Source: Gemmatimonadales bacterium
GTDB lineage: Bacteria > Gemmatimonadota > Gemmatimonadetes > Gemmatimonadales > GWC2-71-9
NCBI GenBank assembly: GCA_035763205.1
Contig: DASUBP010000032.1
Span: forward strand, 1-51,425
Direction: 5' to 3'
Length of the DNA stretch: 51,425 nt
A program made the position numbers and the translations under genes. Each line of letters starts with the position of its first letter. Position 1 is the stretch's first letter. Below, one piece after another: positions 46,152 to 51,425 of this stretch. The notes below the pieces were generated by a model that ran no database searches, was not told the origin of the DNA, and saw nothing but the letters and a program-made list of their open reading frames with translations.

Positions 46152-48394
46152 CCCGGGGGCGGATCTTTGGGGGCCCGGACGCCCGGCCACCAGTTCCAGC
46201 GGCCGGCGATGTGCATGATCGCGGGGACGAGCACCATGCGAATCAGCGTCGCGTCCAGGAGGACGGCGACGGCCAGTCCGAACCCCATGAACTGCACCGC
46301 CAGCACCCGTGAAAACGCGAACACGCCGAACACCAGGACCATGATGGCCGCCGCAAACGTGATCGTCGACGCCGTGCTCGACAGGCCTTCCATCGTGGCG
46401 TGATCGTTGCGACCCGTCTTGTCGAACACTTCCTTCACGCGCGTCAGCAGGAACACCTCGTAGTCCATCGACAGCCCGAACACGACCGCGAAGACCAGGA
46501 CCGGGACGACCACGAAGATCGCCTCGGTCGGCCCATCCAGTCGGAAGAGCCAGCCCAGGACGCCTCGCTGAAAGACGAGGACGGTGATGCCGAAGGCGCC
46601 GCCCACGGAAAGACAGTTCAGCAGCACGGCCTTCAGCGGTACGAGCAACGACTTGAACGCGATGAAGAGCATCACGGCCGTGACGCCCAGGATCAGGGCG
46701 ACGATGGTGGGGAAGCGGGACAGGAGGTCGTTTTGGAGGTCCACACTGGTTGCGGCGAATCCCCCGACCAGGATCGTCGCTCCATCCAATCCGCGGATTC
46801 CCTTGCGGGCCGTCTGCCGCACGTTCGTGGCCATCTGCATCAGGCCGGTGAGCGTCACCGAGTCTTCGGGGATCACATCGACCAGCGTGGTACGGGAATC
46901 CGCGCTCAGGTAGGCATTGAAGAACGTCGTATGGTGCCGGCGGACCGAATCAGGATTGGCGTAGAACATGGTGAGCGCCAGACTCGAGAGATGCGGCTGC
47001 AGGCTCGCTACCCCGCGCACCTGTTTCACCCGGGGATCCTTGCGGATCCGGTCCCCCAGGGCCTTGAGCCCCAGCAGACGGCGCGCGGACAACGCGGACT
47101 CGCCGGGAGGGAGCGTGATCACGACGCGGGTCGGTTGGATGATGCCCGACACGCCCATGTTCACCAGCTCCTGCAGGCCCACGCCGGACTCCGACTCCGA
47201 CGGAAACCAGTTCCGGGCCGGCAATCCGATCTTCATTTGAGAGAGCGGGATCATCAGCAGTCCGATGATTCCCCCTCCCAGCGCGATCGCGCGCCAGGGG
47301 CGGTGGCCCAGCCAGCGGGCCCAACGCTCCCAGCCGGTCGGCGCGTGAAATCTCGCGAGCGGGCGGGCGAGCCACTTCGGGCGGTCGATCCCCCGGCCGA
47401 GGATCGCGAGCAGCGCCGGCAGGAAGGTCGTCGCGATGCCGATCGCGATCGCGACCACCAGGAGCCCGCCGATCCCCACCGACCGGGTCTCGATCAGCGG
47501 GGTGACGAGCAGGGCGGCGAACCCCACGACCACGGTGGCCCCGGACGTAATGACGGCCGAGCCGGCGGTCTGAATGGTGCGGGCCGCCGCGTCCGCCGCG
47601 GCGAGGCCGCGGTTCAGCTCTTCCCGGAACCGCGTCACGATCAAGAGCGAATAGTCGATCCCCACGCCAAGCCCCACCATGCTCGTGATGGTGAGTGCGA
47701 AGACGGACATGGTCTGGAAATGCGCCACGATGGTGATCAGGCCCAGCGCAATCGTAATGGCGAGCACACCCACGATGATGGGCAGGGTCGCCGCGACGAG
47801 CGCCCCGAACGCGACGACCAGGACCGCGAGCGAAAACGGCACCGCGACGTGCTCGCCGTGCTGGGTATCCTCGGCCGAAATCGTGCGGATGTCGTAATCG
47901 AGCGCGGGATCGCCGGTGAGCTTGACGTCGAACGCGCCCGCGCCGGGAATGCCGGCGACTACGCCGGCGAGGGTGGACCGGATGTCCGGGACGAAGTTGT
48001 TCTTGATGTTGTCGGTCTGCTCGGTCTGCATCGCCGCGATGAGGAAGGTCGTGTGACGGTCCTTGCTGACGAACGTCGATTCACCGAGCGACTGGGCCGA
48101 TACGACCTGTTTGATGTAGCCCTTGCGGGAGAGGGCGGCGCTGAGGGAGTCCAGCACCCGGACGAACCGGGGGTGATTCACGGGTACGGGACCGTGCACC
48201 ACGACGGCGACGTACTCGGCGATGGGATTGGGGAGTGCCGCCTTGAGCGCCTCTCCGGCACGGAACGATTCGGTGGATTCGTCCGAGCCCCCGCGCACCG
48301 CGAGAGCGTCCTGTACCCGCGCGGCACTGGGTGCCAGCAGCGCCGCCACCAGGGCCCACGCGAAGAGGACCCACCAGCGGCGGCGGATCAGCAT
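46145..48394 (-). CDS. MMPL/RND-superfamily membrane transporter
   Basis: Two 6-TM bundles separated by soluble loops. MMPL-like DYSLLIVTRFREE and DYEVFLLTRVKE motifs. ATG 48394 was preferred and TTG 48442 is the alternative. Confidence 0.88.
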   Translation of the reverse strand: MLIRRRWWVLFAWALVAALLAPSAARVQDALAVRGGSDESTESFRAGEALKAALPNPIAEYVAVVVHGPVPVNHPRFVRVLDSLSAALSRKGYIKQVVSAQSLGESTFVSKDRHTTFLIAAMQTEQTDNIKNNFVPDIRSTLAGVVAGIPGAGAFDVKLTGDPALDYDIRTISAEDTQHGEHVAVPFSLAVLVVAFGALVAATLPIIVGVLAITIALGLITIVAHFQTMSVFALTITSMVGLGVGIDYSLLIVTRFREELNRGLAAADAAARTIQTAGSAVITSGATVVVGFAALLVTPLIETRSVGIGGLLVVAIAIGIATTFLPALLAILGRGIDRPKWLARPLARFHAPTGWERWARWLGHRPWRAIALGGGIIGLLMIPLSQMKIGLPARNWFPSESESGVGLQELVNMGVSGIIQPTRVVITLPPGESALSARRLLGLKALGDRIRKDPRVKQVRGVASLQPHLSSLALTMFYANPDSVRRHHTTFFNAYLSADSRTTLVDVIPEDSVTLTGLMQMATNVRQTARKGIRGLDGATILVGGFAATSVDLQNDLLSRFPTIVALILGVTAVMLFIAFKSLLVPLKAVLLNCLSVGGAFGITVLVFQRGVLGWLFRLDGPTEAIFVVVPVLVFAVVFGLSMDYEVFLLTRVKEVFDKTGRNDHATMEGLSSTASTITFAAAIMVLVFGVFAFSRVLAVQFMGFGLAVAVLLDATLIRMVLVPAIMHIAGRWNWWPGVRAPKDPPPGH

Positions 48395-48504
48395 CTTGGC
48401 GGGGAGCGCGATCACTGGGGTGGGCGCATAGACCGAGGACAATCATAGAGAGACTCCAAGGCCGAAGCTAGCGGCGCGCGTGCGCGCGCGGACATATTGC
48501 GCCC

Positions 48505-49353
48505 ATGGCCGAACGGCGTCCTTCGATGGCTCTCCAACTGCTCGCCCTCGCCGTCGTGGCGGTGGTGGTTTTCCGCTTCGCGGCCCGGCATCGCACCCCG
48601 CGCGCGCCACTGCCGGGGCATCGCGCGCCGGTCGCGACCCTCCCGCCGAGGCACGATTCCCTGGGGGCTCAGGTGGCGGCGACGCCGGACACGGCGGGCC
48701 GGGATACGACGCCCGTTCCGCCCATCAATCCGATGGACACCCTGACCATGAACGAGCCGCAGGGCTACTACGATCAGCTGGCGCGGGCGCAGACCCGGCG
48801 GCAGATCCGGGCCAGCGCAGGCACCACCTATCTGGGCGAAATCGTCTCCGAGAGCTCGGACTCCGCGTTGCACCGATGGGACCACCGGTATGAGGACCCG
48901 GTCCGCATCTATCTCACCACCGACACCGTCGAGAACTTCCAGCCGGCATTCGTGGACGCGGTGCGCTCCGCGCTGACACGGTGGGACCAGGTGAACCTGC
49001 CGGTGCGCTTCACGTTCGTGGACGACTCCACGCGCGCAGAAGTCACCTTCCGGTGGCGCCGGCAGTTCGACATCGACCGCACGGGGCAGACCGACCTGAC
49101 GTGGGATCGCGACGGACATGTGCTGTCCGCCGTCGTTACGATCGCGACCTTTGATCCCAACAATCACCCCATGGGCGTCGAAGACGTGCGTGTCGTCGCG
49201 TTGCACGAAATCGGGCACATGCTCGGCCTCAATCACTCGAGCGATTCGACCGACGTCATGTACGGCCATACCCTGGCGCGCGACCTGTCCCTGCGGGACG
49301 AACGCACGGCGCAGCTGCTCTACGAGCTGAGCCCCGGGAGCGTCCGGAATTGA
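48505..49353 (+). CDS. membrane-anchored matrixin-like (M10) zinc metalloprotease
   Basis: N-terminal TM (LQLLALAVVAVVVF) and a zinc site HEIGHMLGLNHSSDSTDVMY (HExxHxxGxxH plus Met-turn). Confidence 0.85.
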   Translation: MAERRPSMALQLLALAVVAVVVFRFAARHRTPRAPLPGHRAPVATLPPRHDSLGAQVAATPDTAGRDTTPVPPINPMDTLTMNEPQGYYDQLARAQTRRQIRASAGTTYLGEIVSESSDSALHRWDHRYEDPVRIYLTTDTVENFQPAFVDAVRSALTRWDQVNLPVRFTFVDDSTRAEVTFRWRRQFDIDRTGQTDLTWDRDGHVLSAVVTIATFDPNNHPMGVEDVRVVALHEIGHMLGLNHSSDSTDVMYGHTLARDLSLRDERTAQLLYELSPGSVRN

Positions 49354-49430
49354 GCCGGAATCCGCTGCCGCTCCTCGCGACCTCGTCGCCAGCGGGTCCC
49401 TCACTGGCCGACACCCTCGACACCCGGACC

Positions 49431-50444
49431 ATGCCGGCGAGCCTGGTGACTCCTGAGGTCGACGGGGCCGTACGCTGCGTCGCCTGCGGACACCGCTGCC
49501 TGGTTCGCCCCGGACGACGCGGGATCTGCAAGGTGCGGTTCAACCGCGACGGCGTGCTGCGGGCACCCGCGGGGTACGTCGCCGCCCTGCAGTGCGACCC
49601 CACCGAGAAGAAACCCTTCTTTCACTGCCTGCCCGGCAGTGACACACTCACCTTCGGGATGCTCGGTTGTGATTTCCATTGCGGCTACTGCCAGAACTGG
49701 CTGACGTCGCAGGCATTGCGCGATCCGTCCGCGGGCGTGCCGCCCACCGAGGTAAGTGCGGAGGCGCTCGTAGGGCTCGCGCTGCGGCACGGCGCGCGGG
49801 TCATGGGATCTTCCTACAACGAGCCCCTGATTACGGCGGAGTGGGCGGTCGAGGTCTTCCGGCTGGCCCGCGCTCGAGGCCTCAAGACCGCGTTCATCTC
49901 CAACGGCAACGCGACACCGGAGGCGCTCGACTTTCTCCGCCCGTGGACCGATTGCTACAAGGTCGACCTCAAGGCCATGGACCCGGCGCGCTACCGGGAG
50001 CTCGGGGGCGTGCTGGAGCATGTGACCGACACCATCGCGGCGGCGCACGCGCGGGGCTTCTGGGTGGAGGTGGTCACGCTGATCGTGCCGGGGTTCAACG
50101 ACGACCGGCCCCAACTGAAGCGGGCGGCAGAGCTGATCGCCTCGGTGTCACCCGACATCCCGTGGCACGTCACGGGATTTCACCCCGACTACCGGATGAC
50201 CGACCCTGCCGCGACACCGACCGAGACGTTGATCGAGGCTTGCGAGGTCGGCGTCGCGGCCGGCCTCCGTTTCGTCTATGCCGGGAATCGCCCCGGGGCT
50301 GTCGGGTCGTGGGAAAACACGTACTGTCCGGATTGCGGCGACTTGCTGGTCGAGCGTCGTGGATACCAGATCCTGGCCCAGCGCGTCGGGAGCGACGGCC
50401 GCTGTCCTTCATGTGCCCGCGCCATACCCGGCATCTGGGCCTGA
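49431..50444 (+). CDS. AmmeMemoRadiSam-system-type radical SAM enzyme
   Basis: N-terminal Cys cluster VRCVACGHRCLVRPGRRGICKVR, radical SAM CDFHCGYCQNW and C-terminal CPDCG...CPSC. TTG 49350, overlapping the matrixin stop, is an in-frame alternative start. Confidence 0.85.
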   Translation: MPASLVTPEVDGAVRCVACGHRCLVRPGRRGICKVRFNRDGVLRAPAGYVAALQCDPTEKKPFFHCLPGSDTLTFGMLGCDFHCGYCQNWLTSQALRDPSAGVPPTEVSAEALVGLALRHGARVMGSSYNEPLITAEWAVEVFRLARARGLKTAFISNGNATPEALDFLRPWTDCYKVDLKAMDPARYRELGGVLEHVTDTIAAAHARGFWVEVVTLIVPGFNDDRPQLKRAAELIASVSPDIPWHVTGFHPDYRMTDPAATPTETLIEACEVGVAAGLRFVYAGNRPGAVGSWENTYCPDCGDLLVERRGYQILAQRVGSDGRCPSCARAIPGIWA

Positions 50445-51425
50445 ATCCCGCAGTCATCGTGCTCGCGCTCTTCACAGGCCCGAGGCCTGTGCTCGGCGGA
50501 GCACTGCGCTTAAGCGCCGCGCGGTGCCGAGCACACGCTTCAGCGTGTGAAATCCAGGCGAGTGCCAGTGTCTACGACTCCATCGTCGTGTCAGGCATCA
50601 AGCAAGGGGCGTATCCAGGTGCCGTCCTCGTCGTGGGGCGCCGAGACCGAATCCTCTATGAGAAGGGATTCGGGCATCTGACCTGGTCGCCGCGCTCTCC
50701 GGTCGACCGCCCCGACTCGACGATTTTCGATCTCGCCTCGTTGACCAAAGCAATAGCGACAACGACGGCGGCCATGATCCTCTACGACCGCGGCAAGTTG
50801 AAGCTCGACGTTCCCGTCTCGACTTACTTGCCGGAGTTCAATGGCGCAGGCACTGCGGCAATCACCGTCCGCATGCTACTGACGCACACGTCGGGCCTTC
50901 GCGGTGACCTTCCCGTTCCCGAGCTGCGCGCGCTGCCTGACGGCACCGCGCTGATTCGGACGGTGCTCGCGGAAACCCCCCGGACCAAGCCGGGAACGCG
51001 GGTCGTCTACAGCGATCTGAATTTCGTGCTGGTCGGCGAGATCATCAGGCGGCTCTCGGGTGAGCCCCTCGATCAGTTCGTCACCACCGAGGTGATCGGC
51101 CCGCTGGAGCTAACGGAAACCCGGTATCGCCCCTCGACGCGTCTGGCGTCGCGCATCGCGCCCACGGGAGTCTGGCACGGACATCCGGTCGCGGGCGTGG
51201 TCAACGATCCCACGGCCGCGAAGGCGGGAGGGGTCTCGGGGAATGCCGGGCTGTTCTCGACCGGTGAGAACCTGGCCCGCTTCGCCCAGTTCCTGCTTCG
51301 CGGGGGCACGCGCCCGGACGGCAAGCCCCTCGTCTCGCCGGAGACGGTGAAGTTGTTCACGACGCGCGCGTCCCAGGCCGACGTCGGTCCCGACCACCGC
51401 GCGCTCGGGTGGCAGGCGGTGCCCA
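50411..51425 (+). CDS. beta-lactamase-family serine hydrolase (partial, runs off the window)
   Basis: The frame is open to the window end. The S-x-x-K motif is in FDLASLTKAIATTTAAMIL, preceded by GAYPGAVLVVGRRDRILYEKGFG. The start is uncertain (ATG 50411, GTG 50459/50489/50588). The conserved domain begins at about 50570. Confidence 0.8.
   Translation, partial: MCPRHTRHLGLNPAVIVLALFTGPRPVLGGALRLSAARCRAHASACEIQASASVYDSIVVSGIKQGAYPGAVLVVGRRDRILYEKGFGHLTWSPRSPVDRPDSTIFDLASLTKAIATTTAAMILYDRGKLKLDVPVSTYLPEFNGAGTAAITVRMLLTHTSGLRGDLPVPELRALPDGTALIRTVLAETPRTKPGTRVVYSDLNFVLVGEIIRRLSGEPLDQFVTTEVIGPLELTETRYRPSTRLASRIAPTGVWHGHPVAGVVNDPTAAKAGGVSGNAGLFSTGENLARFAQFLLRGGTRPDGKPLVSPETVKLFTTRASQADVGPDHRALGWQAVP
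50471..50551. repeat. 81-nt nested palindromic element (three hairpins, symmetric about CTTAAG)
   Basis: TTCACA...TGTGAA termini. Hairpins at 50473-80/50484-91, 50489-97/50526-34 (with inner GCGCTTAAGCGC at 50506-17) and 50532-38/50543-49. Confidence 0.75.

Noticed and set aside
46400-48448. 682-aa plus-strand ORF antisense to the MMPL transporter
   Set aside because: The translation is extremely Arg/Asp/Gly/His-rich (RDRDHQEPADPHRPGLDQRGDEQGGEPHDHGG) and has no motifs. The minus strand encodes a coherent 12-TM MMPL protein. The same reasoning was applied to the other long antisense ORFs at 4229-5935, 6683-7576, 9020-10045, 11019-12794, 17604-18869, 19555-20565, 24242-25771, 28603-29760, 33564-34853, 35785-36981, 40347-41792 and 43520-44509.
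48474-48490. 17-nt perfectly alternating purine-pyrimidine tract GCGCGCGTGCGCGCGCG (Z-DNA potential) in the MMPL/matrixin divergent spacer
   Set aside because: It is short, expected at some frequency in DNA of about 70% GC, and has no flanking symmetry or repeat partner. It may still matter for the divergent promoters, but I cannot support a specific role.

Overview
This is a high-GC (roughly 68-70% by eye) bacterial chromosomal segment around the replication origin. The conserved block mnmE-yidC-yidD-rnpA-rpmH (minus strand) / dnaA-dnaN (plus strand) lies at 23.1-29.7 kb. A candidate oriC sits in the dnaA-dnaN spacer, with TGTGG/CCACA DnaA-box-like sites, a (CTA)5 DnaA-trio-like run and the most AT-rich stretch I saw. 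The rest of the window is tightly packed housekeeping and envelope genes, many joined by 1-4 nt start/stop overlaps. They include two ECF sigma/anti-sigma pairs, HEAT-repeat proteins, holA, mutS, cystathionine beta-synthase, ddl, rhomboid, pterin enzymes, pyrE, an MCP, a Ser/Thr kinase, two GWxTD-domain proteins, Slt, polA, an orphan pilin, an MMPL transporter, a matrixin-like protease and a radical SAM enzyme. A type-A RNase P RNA (rnpB) is clearly present at about 32.5-32.9 kb on the minus strand. The gene content (GWxTD, DUF5916, periplasmic HEAT repeats, weak Shine-Dalgarno usage) suggests a Gemmatimonadota-like organism, but that is inference only. I saw no CRISPR array, tRNA, rRNA, transposase, integrase or recognisable defence or toxin-antitoxin module, and I could not support a novel multi-gene system. 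The most unusual signal is a set of small composite palindromic elements built from tandem 7-8 nt units. Two of them share an exact 16-mer and are translated in the same frame in the N-termini of YidC and a SPOR-domain protein. Other points worth a second look are a perfect 24-nt (TAG)3TTATAA(CTA)3 palindrome upstream of pyrE, an rnpA start that appears to overlap rpmH by 88 nt, a beta-barrel gene whose signal peptide is only encoded if a CTG start is used, and a 98-nt convergent overlap of dnaN and mtgA. All protein family calls come from reading motifs in the supplied translations; no database search was run. Many long ORFs in the track are antisense shadow ORFs typical of high-GC DNA and were rejected.
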